From IMG/VR virus record IMGVR_UViG_3300035562_000112, positions 1-36,558 of that record: a stretch of 36,558 nt of DNA; one strand, 5' to 3'. Below, piece after piece: positions 24,891-34,754 of the stretch (its first letter is position 1; each line of letters starts with the position of its first letter). The DNA comes from a virus (lineage: Duplodnaviria; Caudoviricetes). Position numbers and translations under genes: made by a program. The notes beneath the pieces were generated by a model. The model was not told where the DNA came from. It ran no database searches and saw only the letters and a program-made list of their open reading frames with translations.

Positions 24891-26066
24891 GTGAACGATA
24901 AAAAATACAGCGCAGTGATCACCGATGCTGGCGCAGAACGGCTGGCAAACGCCGCCGCCACGGGCACACCAATAGCGATTAAAGAGATGGCCGTCGGCGA
25001 CGGTGGCGGACGGCTACCGCAGCCGAGTGCTACCAATACCAGACTCGTCAGCGAGCAATATCGGGCTGAACTGAATAAGCTGGTGATCGCTGACAGTGAC
25101 ACCAGTGTTATCGAAGCGGAAATGATCATGCCGCCGCAGATCGGCGGTTTCTGGCTTCGCGAGTTGGCGCTATACGCCGAGGATGGCGAATGCATCGCCG
25201 TTGGCAACATGCCGGAAACCTATAAGCCATTACTGGCTGAGGGTTCGGGCCGCTTCCAAATCATCAGGATGCAGTTGAAAGTCAGCAGCACAGCGGCAGT
25301 GGAACTGATTGCTGATCCGTCGGTTATTCTGGCAACGGTAGAGGACGTCAATGCATTGGAAGAAAAGGTCAAAGACTATACCGATGACCAACTATCAGAC
25401 CATGAGCAATCACGCAACCACCCGAACGCAACGCTGACAGAGAAAGGCTTTACACAGTTGAGCAACGCCACGGACAGCGATAGCGAAGAACTAGCCGCCA
25501 CACCGGCAGCTATCAAAGCTGCAATCAAAGAAGCAATCGAAGCAGCAGTGAGACAGGCATGGGAGCTGGATAACCCGGTCGGATCTTCTCGCCTGTTCAA
25601 CCAGAACTTAAATCCCAATGAACGTTGGCCGTGGTCAACATGGGAGTATGCTGGCGAACACCTGACGATCAGAACGGCGAAAGCAGACGGCTCCGATGTT
25701 GGCACCCTGGGTGGCAGCGACACCGTGACAATTGCGCGTGCAAATCTGCCGGCAGAAGAAATCAGCGTATCTGGGACGGCACAAGATATCGACCTTGGGA
25801 CGAAGCGCACCAAACTCGGTGGTAAGCACGCTCATCATGGCGTACCTAAACGCAACAGTGATTATGAGTTGGGCGGTAACAATCGGGTATTCTTCGACCC
25901 TTATCAGGAAGGCGACACGGACGAAGCCGGCGAACACGATCACGAAATGGAATTAGGCCCGCACAGCCACCCCGTTTCGGGGAAAACTGACGCGCTGGGC
26001 CAAGGACAGGCGATCGGCATCGTTGAGCGTCACAAGCTGCAAATGCTGTGGCACCGTGTGGCATAA
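24891..26066 (+). CDS. H: Short gpH-like tail fibre/collar protein
   Basis: GGAGG then GTG 24891; P2 gpH N-terminus MAVGDGGG, GGFWLRELAL, PETYKPLLAEGSGR, HEQSRNHPNATLTEKGFTQLS; C-terminal HxH repeats. Confidence 0.85.
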   Translation: MNDKKYSAVITDAGAERLANAAATGTPIAIKEMAVGDGGGRLPQPSATNTRLVSEQYRAELNKLVIADSDTSVIEAEMIMPPQIGGFWLRELALYAEDGECIAVGNMPETYKPLLAEGSGRFQIIRMQLKVSSTAAVELIADPSVILATVEDVNALEEKVKDYTDDQLSDHEQSRNHPNATLTEKGFTQLSNATDSDSEELAATPAAIKAAIKEAIEAAVRQAWELDNPVGSSRLFNQNLNPNERWPWSTWEYAGEHLTIRTAKADGSDVGTLGGSDTVTIARANLPAEEISVSGTAQDIDLGTKRTKLGGKHAHHGVPKRNSDYELGGNNRVFFDPYQEGDTDEAGEHDHEMELGPHSHPVSGKTDALGQGQAIGIVERHKLQMLWHRVA

Positions 26067-26070
26067 GCTG

Positions 26071-26152
26071 TATTAGCTCAGACCTGAACTGACAATTTCT
26101 GCGGATAGAACACAATCTTATCTGACAGTCGGCTTTGAGCGGAAGCAGACAT
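26071..26152 (+). repeat. Left inverted-repeat arm
   Basis: Outer 24 nt match the right arm at 21/24; ATCTGAC at arm positions 50-56 in both; inner AAGCAGACAT identical. Confidence 0.85.
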
Positions 26153-26261
26153 GGACATCTAACTTCTGGGAAGTTTAATACTAATGACCACATATCAATA
26201 TTAGCGGGAAGCAAGTCATAGTTTCATAATTCTGAGAGGCAATACTGGTACGGAATAGATA

Positions 26262-26287
26262 AAAACCCTCCTTGCCAGAGGGGTTTT
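26262..26287 (-). terminator. Intrinsic (probably bidirectional) terminator after the TIR gene
   Basis: AAAACCCTC-cttgcca-GAGGGGTTTT with A/T runs on both sides. Confidence 0.7.
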
Positions 26288-26310
26288 ATATAATAATTCT
26301 AATACAAAAA

Positions 26311-27246
26311 CTAGTTTCTATTATTGTCATTAAACTCATCTATCAGATTAAGCTGACGTCGTCGAGCACGGTTCGGCCTTGCCGTTGATGTATCTAATGC
26401 CAAAAATTTTCTGTTCATATATTCAACAGGCTTAGAAAAGCCATCTATTATTGACTCGAGATCTTCGAGATAGGTATTGATATTTCTTTCATCAACTTGG
26501 CCTCGAAGCATCCGACGTCTTAATCGGGATAAATTATCAAAAGACTCAACCAAGTCAGAAGTAACATTATCCAAATGCAGGTCTCTAACTGTATCTGTCC
26601 CTAATACTTTCCTAACGTAATCTTCAGGTAATAATACTTCAGGATTCCTAAGAAGTTGATGATTCGTTCTACTTAGATCTAGTAAACTTTCAACTATATG
26701 AGATATATTTTGTATTTCTATATTTGAACTGCCTTTAGAGGCTTTTGTCGCTTCTTTTGTTTCGGTTTCTGGTTCTTCGATCTTTGAAAGCTCAGAACTT
26801 AACGTTGGCCACCATTGTTCAAAGGAATTAGCCAAACGCTCACTAGTTAAAAAATCACCTTGCTTATTTATAGAGGAAAGTAGTTTTAAAATATCTTCTT
26901 TATCATCTGACCGAGTGTGTTGAAATTGGAGAATAGGGCCAGTAACTTCCGATGGTTTAATTTTAAAAAGAAATGGGCTTAATTTACTTTTATCAACCTT
27001 CTTGCTTAATGCTCCAGCCTCGAAATTTATCCAAGGGGCAGATATATTATTTTTTGTTAGGCAAATTATTCCATACAAAGAGTCATCAAGTTCTTTTGAT
27101 ATATCAGCAGCCCAACGAGTCCCTTTATCAATATCCTCAGCGGAAACATATGGCTTCACGGCCTGGATTACATTTGGGATCCAATCCCTTAATATTTTCG
27201 CTATTTGAAGGCTATCAGTTCCTGACCAGCTAATAAATATTTTCAT
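26311..27246 (-). CDS. TIR-domain protein with C-terminal helical region
   Basis: MKIFISWSG, DIDKGTRW, GIICLT and PWINFEAGAL (catalytic Glu position); RBS AAGGTGA; AT-rich. Confidence 0.9.
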   Translation of the reverse strand: MKIFISWSGTDSLQIAKILRDWIPNVIQAVKPYVSAEDIDKGTRWAADISKELDDSLYGIICLTKNNISAPWINFEAGALSKKVDKSKLSPFLFKIKPSEVTGPILQFQHTRSDDKEDILKLLSSINKQGDFLTSERLANSFEQWWPTLSSELSKIEEPETETKEATKASKGSSNIEIQNISHIVESLLDLSRTNHQLLRNPEVLLPEDYVRKVLGTDTVRDLHLDNVTSDLVESFDNLSRLRRRMLRGQVDERNINTYLEDLESIIDGFSKPVEYMNRKFLALDTSTARPNRARRRQLNLIDEFNDNNRN

Positions 27247-27688
27247 AAATCACCTTTTATATAAAAATTCCCAACCAATTCACATTAACCACCAAGTTTA
27301 ATACGATTTATTCTTTCCACCTAAGAAGGATGCATTAACAGCATGAGATTAGTCTCTCCAAATTATAAATATCGAAATCAGTCCATTTACCAATGCCTTT
27401 GGCATTTTCAATAATTTCACCTTCATAAAGTGGAGATTAAAATTGAACATTGTATTTTTCACTCGCACATAAAAGGTTTAAACATATTATTCAGTTCAAG
27501 TAAGCTAGAAGCTACCCCAGCGGATAGAGACCCGTCTGAGCAACTGTAAGTATCGACGATCTATAGCTTAGATTTTGTGCCGTTCAACAAAGAACCATTA
27601 TAAAATCTGAGCCATATTTTAGCCGCATAAATCCTAAATGCAAATAACCCAACGATACCTAGCTAATTTTTTGCTAGTACAATCATTA

Positions 27689-27771
27689 ATGTCTGCTTTT
27701 GGCACAGAGCTACCCGTCAGATTGGGCTTGGCTCTGTGTCATAGCTGTGTCAGATCAGCTCTGAACTAATA
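27689..27771 (-). repeat. Right inverted-repeat arm
   Basis: Reverse complement TATTAGTTCAGAGCTGATCTGACA...ATCTGAC...AAGCAGACAT aligns with 26071-26152. Confidence 0.85.
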
Positions 27772-27776
27772 GACAT

Positions 27777-27802
27777 AAGCCTCGCTCGGGGCTTTCATTT
27801 TT
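27777..27802 (+). terminator. Terminator of the V-H tail operon
   Basis: AAGCCTCG-ct-CGGGGCTT followed by TCATTTTT. Confidence 0.65.
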
Positions 27803-27851
27803 CGTTTAACGCCGTCATTGTTATGCATTCCCTCCACGTAAGCGCGCACCT

Positions 27852-27869
27852 TGTGCCATCCCTCACACA
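27852..27869 (+). promoter_or_regulatory. Ogr-binding site of the F late promoter
   Basis: TGTgccatccctcacACA (TGT-N12-ACA) upstream of FI. Confidence 0.8.
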
Positions 27870-27939
27870 AAGCCCACCACATGCATTAATCACCTGCCGC
27901 AGACACCATTGGGGAACACCGTTACAGGAGATCCACCTA

Positions 27940-29112
27940 ATGGCTCAAGACTATCACCACGGCGTGCGTGTGCAGGAAATCAACGAAGGCACCCGCACCA
28001 TTACCACCGTCAGCACGGCCATTGTTGGGCTGGTCTGTACCGGTGATGATGCCGACGCGAAAACATTCCCGTTAAACACGCCCGTATTGCTCACCGACGT
28101 ATTGACCGCCAGCGGTAAAGCCGGCGAATCCGGTACTCTGGCTCGCTCACTCGATGCGATCTCAGACCAGACAAAACCTGTGACTGTAGTCGTGCGTGTT
28201 GCCCAGGGCGATACCGAAGCAGAAACCACCACCAACATCATCGGCGGCGTGACCACCGAGGGTAAAAAAACCGGCATGAAAGCCCTGTTGGCCGCACAAA
28301 GCCAGCTTGGCGTAAAACCCCGCATTCTGGGTGTACCTGGTCATGATAATGAGGCTGTAGCCTCCGAATTACTGGCTATCGCGCAAAGCCTGCGCGGCTT
28401 CGCGTACCTGAGCGCCTACGGCTGTAAAACCGTTGCCGAAGCCATCGATTACCGTAAAAATTTCAGCCAGCGTGAAGCCATGCTGATCTGGCCAGACTTC
28501 CTGAGTTGGGATAGCGTGACCAACGCATCGGCAACAGCCTACGCCACGGCCCGCGCGCTAGGTTTACGCGCCAAGATTGATGAGCAAACAGGCTGGCACA
28601 AAACCCTGTCAAACGTCGGCGTCAATGGCGTGACCGGCATCAGCGCCGACGTATATTGGGATTTGCAGGATACGGCCACCGACGCCAATCTTCTGAACCA
28701 AAACGACGTCACCACCCTGATCCGCAAAGATGGATTCCGTTTCTGGGGTTCCCGCACCTGCTCAGATGATCCGCTGTTCCAGTTTGAGAACTACACACGC
28801 ACCGCGCAGGTATTGGCGGACACCATGGCCGAAGCGCAAATGTGGGCCGTTGATCAGCCGATGCACCCTTCCCTGGCCAAAGACATTATCGAAGGCATCA
28901 AGGCCAAATTCCGTGAGCTGAAATCCGGCGGCTACATTATCGACGGCGATTGCTGGATGGATGATGCGGCCAACGATAAAGACACGTTGAAGGCGGGCAA
29001 GCTGATCCTGGACTACAACTACACGCCCGTGCCGCCGCTGGAAAACCTGCTGCTGCGCCAGCGTATCACCGACCAGTATCTGATGAATTTCACTCAGAAC
29101 GTGAACAGCTAA
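27940..29112 (+). CDS. FI: Tail sheath protein gpFI
   Basis: AGGAG RBS; [32 protein letters not shown]. Confidence 0.96.
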   Translation: MAQDYHHGVRVQEINEGTRTITTVSTAIVGLVCTGDDADAKTFPLNTPVLLTDVLTASGKAGESGTLARSLDAISDQTKPVTVVVRVAQGDTEAETTTNIIGGVTTEGKKTGMKALLAAQSQLGVKPRILGVPGHDNEAVASELLAIAQSLRGFAYLSAYGCKTVAEAIDYRKNFSQREAMLIWPDFLSWDSVTNASATAYATARALGLRAKIDEQTGWHKTLSNVGVNGVTGISADVYWDLQDTATDANLLNQNDVTTLIRKDGFRFWGSRTCSDDPLFQFENYTRTAQVLADTMAEAQMWAVDQPMHPSLAKDIIEGIKAKFRELKSGGYIIDGDCWMDDAANDKDTLKAGKLILDYNYTPVPPLENLLLRQRITDQYLMNFTQNVNS

Positions 29113-29122
29113 GGGGGACGCG

Positions 29123-29638
29123 ATGGCCTTACCACGCAAACTGAAATTCCTGAACTTATTCAACGACGCCAACAACTATCAGGGCGTCGTTGAAGAAATC
29201 ACCCTGCCGAAGCTGACGCGAAAGCTTGAGCAGTATCGCGGCGGCGGCATGAACGGCAGCGCCGGCGTTGATCTGGGGATCGATGATAGTGCGCTGGACG
29301 CAGAAATCACCCTGGGGGGTATTGAGGCCCAGCTTTATAAGCAGTGGGGGATCGCCAAGGTTGATGGCGTACTGCTGCGTTTTGTTGGCTCTTTCCAGCG
29401 CGACGACACCGGTGAAATTGTCGCCGTGGAAGTGGTTATGCGCGGTCGTTTTTCCGAGTTTGACTTCGGCAACTACAAACAGGGCGACAACACGCAAACC
29501 AAACTCAGCGCCAAGAACACCTATTACAAGCTGACAATGGACGGCGCTGTTCTGCTTGAAATCGACGTGGTGAACATGATCGAAATCGTTGATGGCGTCG
29601 ACCGCCTGGCGGAACACCGTCGCGCTATCGGTCTGTAA
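29123..29638 (+). CDS. FII: Tail tube protein gpFII
   Basis: MALPRKLKFLNLFND, YRGGGMNG, DRLAEHRRAIGL. Confidence 0.96.
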   Translation: MALPRKLKFLNLFNDANNYQGVVEEITLPKLTRKLEQYRGGGMNGSAGVDLGIDDSALDAEITLGGIEAQLYKQWGIAKVDGVLLRFVGSFQRDDTGEIVAVEVVMRGRFSEFDFGNYKQGDNTQTKLSAKNTYYKLTMDGAVLLEIDVVNMIEIVDGVDRLAEHRRAIGL

Positions 29639-29715
29639 CCACCCTGCCTACATGCATTAATGCTCCATGGCCCCGCTCGAGGGGCCGGTAAACCAGACAA
29701 AATGAAGGTTAAACA

Positions 29716-30069
29716 ATGAAAAACGATAAAACGGTAAACACTGAAATTGATGATGGCCAGGGCAATACCGTTACCGAATTGCTGAACAAACCGGTGATCC
29801 TGGACGTTCCTGTCCTGCGCGGCACCACAAAAATCACCGAAGTGACCGTCAACAAGCCAAACGCCGGCGCGCTGCGTGGTACCCGTTTGCAGGAGCTGAT
29901 TGAAACCGACGTCAATTCACTGATCACCGTGTTGCCGCGTATCACTTCCCCGACCCTGACGGCTAACGAAGTGGCCAGTCTGGATCCGGCAGACCTGTAT
30001 CAGTTGTCTCAAGCGCTGGCACTTTTTTTCTTACCGAGTTCGGTCAGATCCGATTTCCTGAACAGCTAA
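29716..30069 (+). CDS. E: Tail assembly chaperone gpE
   Basis: KPNAGALRG, LITVLPRITSP, LDPADL. Confidence 0.92.
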   Translation: MKNDKTVNTEIDDGQGNTVTELLNKPVILDVPVLRGTTKITEVTVNKPNAGALRGTRLQELIETDVNSLITVLPRITSPTLTANEVASLDPADLYQLSQALALFFLPSSVRSDFLNS

Positions 30070-30203
30070 CCGTTGAAGACCTGACGGCGGACATTGCCGC
30101 CGTCTTCCACTGGCCGCCAACCGTTACCGACCTGATGCCGCTGGCCGAGCTGTTGGAATGGCGGCACAAAGCCATTATCCGCAGCGGGGCAAGTGATGAG
30201 TGA
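30024..30203 (+). CDS. gpE' extension made by a programmed -1 frameshift (gpE+E')
   Basis: Slippery T TTT TTC at 30024-30030; the -1 frame reads ...LTVEDLTADIAAVFHWPP...LLEWRHKAIIRSGASDE with TGA at 30201-30203, like P2 E'. Confidence 0.88.
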   Translation, partial: FFLTEFGQIRFPEQLTVEDLTADIAAVFHWPPTVTDLMPLAELLEWRHKAIIRSGASDE

Positions 30204-33117
30204 CAAAAACCTCCGGTTGCAGGTTTTACTGAGTGCGGTCGATAAAATCACCCGCCCGTTTAAATCCATGCAGGCCAGCAATAAAGCGCTGGCCGCGTCG
30301 GTTAAAGCCACAAAAGACCAGTTAAAACAGCTTGATACTCAAGCCGGGAAAATTGACGGTTTCCGCAAGACAAAAAACCAGGTTGCCGCCGCCGCGCAGG
30401 CGCTGAACACGGCCCGCGATAAAGCGCGCGATCTGGCCATTGCATTGAAATCCACTGACGGCCCGACCGCCAAGCAGGCCCGCCAATTTCAGAAAGCCAG
30501 GGAAGAAGCGGCCAAACTTCAACAGAAATTCGCAGATCTGCGTCTTTCACTGCAAAACCAGCGCACCGCCCTGCAAAACAGCGGCGTGGCAACAAATCGA
30601 TTGGGCGAGGCTCAGCGTTCTCTGCGGTCAAACATCACCAGGGTGACGAGTGCATTAGCCGCACAGCAGAAACGATTAGACCAGCAGGCACAGCAGCAAA
30701 AGCGGCTGAATGCCGCGCGCCACCAGCTTGATGAAAGCAATCAGCGCAAAGTGATGGCCGCCGGGGTGGGCTATACGTCAATGGCCACCGGGCGCGCCAT
30801 GGGCCGTGGACTGGTTGACGCCCTGCATGTGGGCTATGACTTCGATGCGATGATGAGTAAAACCCAGGCAGTGACGCGCATCCCAACCAAAGCCGATCCG
30901 CAAATGCAGTCATTGCGGCACCAGGCGCGAACCTTGCCGCTATCGTCAAAATTCACCGATCTCCAGGTGGCCGAGGGGCAATATTTCCTTGGCAGAACCG
31001 GCTATTCACCCCAGCAAGTTTTAAAAGCGATGCCAGGGATGTTGAATCTGGCCGCTGCCGGTGACATTGACCTTGGCACCACCGCCGATATTGCGTCAAA
31101 CATCCAAACCGCCATGGGGATCCCTGCGGAAAAGATGGACAGGGTGGCCGACGTGCTCACCGCCCTGTTTACCCGTAACAACGTTGATATTCCCATGCTG
31201 GGCGAATCACTGAAATATTCCGCCGGTGTGGGCCGTGAGTACGGGCAAAGCCTGGAAACCGTATCCGCTGCCACGGCGATCATGGGTAATGCCGGCATTC
31301 AGGGGAGCCAGGCGGGTACAGCGATGCGTGCCATTCTAAGCCGTATCGGTAACAGCCCCACGGTTAAAAAGCTGGGCGTAACAACCAAAGATAGAGACGG
31401 CAACATGCGTGATTTGGTCGATATCCTAAAAGACATCGACAAAAAAACGTCAAAAATGGGGAACGTCGATCGCGGCAAGATTTTTAAAGACATTGCCGGC
31501 ATGTATGCCGTCACCGGATTTGGTGAGCTGATGCGAGCAGTGTCAGACGGCAAGCTGCAACAGATGCGCGGCGCGCCAGGTGAGTACGACTGGGAGGCCC
31601 GGCGGGTTTCCAATACCATGCTGGATAACATGAAAGGCGACATGACGATGTTACATGCCGCTCTGGAAAATATCAGCGTTGAATTATTTGAAAAAAATGA
31701 CGCCTGGCTGCGCAAAACAGCAAAAGGCATCAGCAACTTTTTACACGGTGTCGCGGAGTTCCTGAAAGAACACCCGAAAGTCAGCGCCGCCATCGTCAAG
31801 ATTGGCGCAGCCGCTGCCATTTCAACCACCGTTTTCGGTACGCTGGCCATCGCCGTTGTCGGTCTGTTGGGGCCGTTCGCCCTACTCCGATTCAGCACAC
31901 GCATGTTGGGGATCCGTCTGCTGCCCAACCTGTCACTTAGCATGCTGAAATTTGCCAGCACCACCCCGATCACTACCAGGCAAGTCGGTAGTTTCAGCCG
32001 TTCACTGCTGGAAGCGGGAAAGAATGCACTGACCTTTTCTAAACAGCACCTTGGCAGCGCTGGGCGCGCCGTCGCGTCTTTCGCATCATCACCGCTACAG
32101 ACTGCAACCAAAGGGATTAAAGGCATTGGTCGCGTCTTTGCCTGGCTGGCTACGTCCCCGTTGCGGTTCCTGCGTTTTGCCCTGGGCGGCCTGGGTAGCA
32201 TGTTCGGTATTTTGGTTAGCCCGCTTGGGCTGATCACTGCCGCTGTCGTCGGTGCAGGCCTGCTGATTTATAAATATTGGAAACCCATCAAAGCTTTCCT
32301 GGGCGGTGTAGTTGATGGGTTCAAAACTGCGGCAGCCCCCATCAAAGACGCCTTTGCGCCACTGATGCCAGTATTCACCTGGATTGGTGACAAAGTTAAA
32401 GCGCTGTGGGGCTGGTTTACCGACCTGCTCACGCCAATAAAGTCGACAAAAGAAGATTTGGATGGCGCGGCATCAGCGGGGAAAAAGTTCGGTGAGTTTC
32501 TGGCCGGCGGCATTGAATTAGCGCTTACCCCGCTGAAACTTCTCACAGATTCAATTAAGTGGGTTTTAGACAAGCTGGATGAAGTTAAAACCAAATCGGA
32601 TAAAACCCGTCTATTAGCACAGACAAACCCAGACGTTGCCGATGCTGCCCGCCGGGCCGGTGTGGTCATGACGCCAGGCCCGCAAGGTAATTCTGCTGAT
32701 GCCATACGGCGTCGTTACACCGGTGAACATGACAGCGGCGGCAGGATCCCTTTAGGGAAATTTGGCGTGGTGGGCGAGTATGGCCCGGAAATTGTCAACG
32801 GGCCGGCGAATGTCACCAGTCGCAAAAATACCGCCGCCATGGCGGCAGTCGCTGCGTTATTTATGGGTGACCCTGCCACCGCTGCGGACGCCCCCTTACA
32901 TCCCTACAGTCTGCCAGGAAGCCAGTACCCGCGCGGAGCCACTTCATCGCATCACCAGGGTGGTGATACCTACATTGATATTCACGCCCCTATTCAGATT
33001 ATCGCTCAGGCCCACCACAACCCCCAGGACATTGCGCGGGAAGTCGCGCGACAACTGGATGCACGGGAACGGCAAGCAAGATCCAGGGCGAACAGCAGTT
33101 TTAACGATATCGAGTGA
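30196..33117 (+). CDS. T: Tail tape measure protein gpT
   Basis: LRLQVLLSAVDKITRPF start, TP901-type core GIQGSQAGT, length about 970 aa. Confidence 0.95.
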   Translation: MSDKNLRLQVLLSAVDKITRPFKSMQASNKALAASVKATKDQLKQLDTQAGKIDGFRKTKNQVAAAAQALNTARDKARDLAIALKSTDGPTAKQARQFQKAREEAAKLQQKFADLRLSLQNQRTALQNSGVATNRLGEAQRSLRSNITRVTSALAAQQKRLDQQAQQQKRLNAARHQLDESNQRKVMAAGVGYTSMATGRAMGRGLVDALHVGYDFDAMMSKTQAVTRIPTKADPQMQSLRHQARTLPLSSKFTDLQVAEGQYFLGRTGYSPQQVLKAMPGMLNLAAAGDIDLGTTADIASNIQTAMGIPAEKMDRVADVLTALFTRNNVDIPMLGESLKYSAGVGREYGQSLETVSAATAIMGNAGIQGSQAGTAMRAILSRIGNSPTVKKLGVTTKDRDGNMRDLVDILKDIDKKTSKMGNVDRGKIFKDIAGMYAVTGFGELMRAVSDGKLQQMRGAPGEYDWEARRVSNTMLDNMKGDMTMLHAALENISVELFEKNDAWLRKTAKGISNFLHGVAEFLKEHPKVSAAIVKIGAAAAISTTVFGTLAIAVVGLLGPFALLRFSTRMLGIRLLPNLSLSMLKFASTTPITTRQVGSFSRSLLEAGKNALTFSKQHLGSAGRAVASFASSPLQTATKGIKGIGRVFAWLATSPLRFLRFALGGLGSMFGILVSPLGLITAAVVGAGLLIYKYWKPIKAFLGGVVDGFKTAAAPIKDAFAPLMPVFTWIGDKVKALWGWFTDLLTPIKSTKEDLDGAASAGKKFGEFLAGGIELALTPLKLLTDSIKWVLDKLDEVKTKSDKTRLLAQTNPDVADAARRAGVVMTPGPQGNSADAIRRRYTGEHDSGGRIPLGKFGVVGEYGPEIVNGPANVTSRKNTAAMAAVAALFMGDPATAADAPLHPYSLPGSQYPRGATSSHHQGGDTYIDIHAPIQIIAQAHHNPQDIAREVARQLDARERQARSRANSSFNDIE

Positions 33118-33128
33118 GGACGATAATT

Positions 33129-33593
33129 ATGATGATGGCATTAGGCATGTTCGTGTTCATGCTGCAAACCGTTCCATACCAGGAGTTTCAACACCAGATG
33201 GCGTGGCGGCATCCGACCAATAGCCGCGTCGGACTTCGCCCGCAAAGCCAGTTCCTGGGGCCGGATGATGAAACCATCACACTGAGCGGCGTTTTGCTGC
33301 CGGCATTAACCGGGGGTAGGGTTTCCCTGATGGCTATCCAATTAATGGCGGAAACTGGCAAGGCCTGGTCATTGATTGAGGGAAGCGGCGCAATACATGG
33401 CATGTTCGTGATCGAAAGCCTGAGCCGCACCAAAACTGTATTCTTTGCGGATGGCTCCGCCCGTCGTATTGAGTTCACTATCACGCTCAAGCGCACGGAT
33501 GAAGGGTTAAAAGACATGTTCGGCGATTTGTCTCAGCAATTTGAAGACTTGGCCGAGCAGGTTTCCGATACCGTCGGCGGGTTCCTGTCATGA
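33129..33593 (+). CDS. U: Tail protein gpU
   Basis: MMALGMFVF...TVPYQ, QFLGP, RRIEFTITLKR. Confidence 0.94.
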   Translation: MMMALGMFVFMLQTVPYQEFQHQMAWRHPTNSRVGLRPQSQFLGPDDETITLSGVLLPALTGGRVSLMAIQLMAETGKAWSLIEGSGAIHGMFVIESLSRTKTVFFADGSARRIEFTITLKRTDEGLKDMFGDLSQQFEDLAEQVSDTVGGFLS

Positions 33594-34681
33594 GCCTGAT
33601 CGATACGTTGGACAAACTCGGCGGCGATAATACCCCGGCTTACTCGCTTACAATTGAGGGTATCGACATCACCGGAAAGGTGAGAGAGAAATTAATCAGC
33701 CTGACGCTAACGGATAACCGAGGTTTTGAAGCTGACCAGATCAATATTGAACTGGACGATAGCGAAGGCAATTTAAAGCTGCCCCGCCGTGGCGTCAGCC
33801 TGGCTGTTGCACTTGGCTGGAAAGATACCGGAGTTATCGATAAAGGGACGTTTGTCGTTGATGAAATTGGGCATGCTGGCACGCCTGACGTATTGACCAT
33901 AACAGCCCGAAGTGCTGATTTTCGGCAAACATTGAACGTGCAGCGCGATGCCTCTTATCATAAAAAAACCATAGGGGACATTGTCCGAACCATTGCCAGC
34001 CTCAATAAGCTGGCGGCGGTCATCAATAAGAATGTGGCAGACATTCAGATCGGACATATCGACCAAACTACCGAATCGGACGGGAGTTTTATCACCCGAC
34101 TGGCAAAAGAGAATGGCGCAGTGGCAGCAATAAAAAACGGCAATCTGCTGTTTTTTAAACAGGGTCAAAATATGACCGCCGGGGGGAAACCGATTCCGGC
34201 AATCCTCATTAATCGTCAGTCAGGTGATAGCCATCAATTCACGCTAACCGATAGGGGAGCTTATACCGGCGTTTTGGCCAACTGGCTGAATACCCGCACT
34301 GCGAAAAGCGAACAGGTGAAGGTTAAACGCCGTCGGGTAAAGAAACCTGTGGTTGTCGATGAGAAACAGGGGGAATACCTGATCGGCAGTGATGAAAACG
34401 TGTTGGTACTGCGTCATACCTACGCATCAAAATACAATGCACAACGCGCGGCCAAGGCAAATTGGGAACGTATACAGCGTGGTGTAGCAACCTTCTCTAT
34501 TCAGCTTGCGCGTGGACGTGCAGACATTTACCCGGAAGCACCGGTCACTGTTTCAGGTTTCAAAAAAGAGATCGATGAGGCCAACTGGACGTTGGTTAAA
34601 GTGACTCACTCACTGAACAACAGCGGTTTTACTACCGCCCTCGATTTGGAGGTCAAGATTGATGATCTGGAAATAGAGTGA
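33590..34681 (+). CDS. D: Late control / baseplate hub protein gpD
   Basis: LTDNRGFEADQ, HIDQTTESD, QRGVATFSIQLARGR. Confidence 0.95.
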   Translation: MSLIDTLDKLGGDNTPAYSLTIEGIDITGKVREKLISLTLTDNRGFEADQINIELDDSEGNLKLPRRGVSLAVALGWKDTGVIDKGTFVVDEIGHAGTPDVLTITARSADFRQTLNVQRDASYHKKTIGDIVRTIASLNKLAAVINKNVADIQIGHIDQTTESDGSFITRLAKENGAVAAIKNGNLLFFKQGQNMTAGGKPIPAILINRQSGDSHQFTLTDRGAYTGVLANWLNTRTAKSEQVKVKRRRVKKPVVVDEKQGEYLIGSDENVLVLRHTYASKYNAQRAAKANWERIQRGVATFSIQLARGRADIYPEAPVTVSGFKKEIDEANWTLVKVTHSLNNSGFTTALDLEVKIDDLEIE

Positions 34682-34754
34682 TGCAAAATAGCAGTAATTG
34701 TGCATAATTATTAGCAATACTGACCATAGTCAGGGCATCTCGGAGAACCCCGCC

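Larger units (their letters stand above)
26069..27775. mobile_element. Inverted-repeat-bounded gene cassette (non-autonomous element) carrying a TIR gene
   Basis: Imperfect ~82-bp IRs at 26071-26152 and 27689-27771; TAAGC duplicated at 26064-26068 and 27776-27780; no transposase inside. Confidence 0.7.

Noticed and set aside
26311-27246. Thoeris, CBASS or Pycsar system call
   Set aside because: No ThsA, nucleotide cyclase or other partner gene is adjacent; only a lone TIR gene is supported.
24891-27775. Invertible tail-fibre segment (Gin/Pin type)
   Set aside because: No serine invertase and no alternative fibre C-terminus; the IRs enclose a TIR gene instead.
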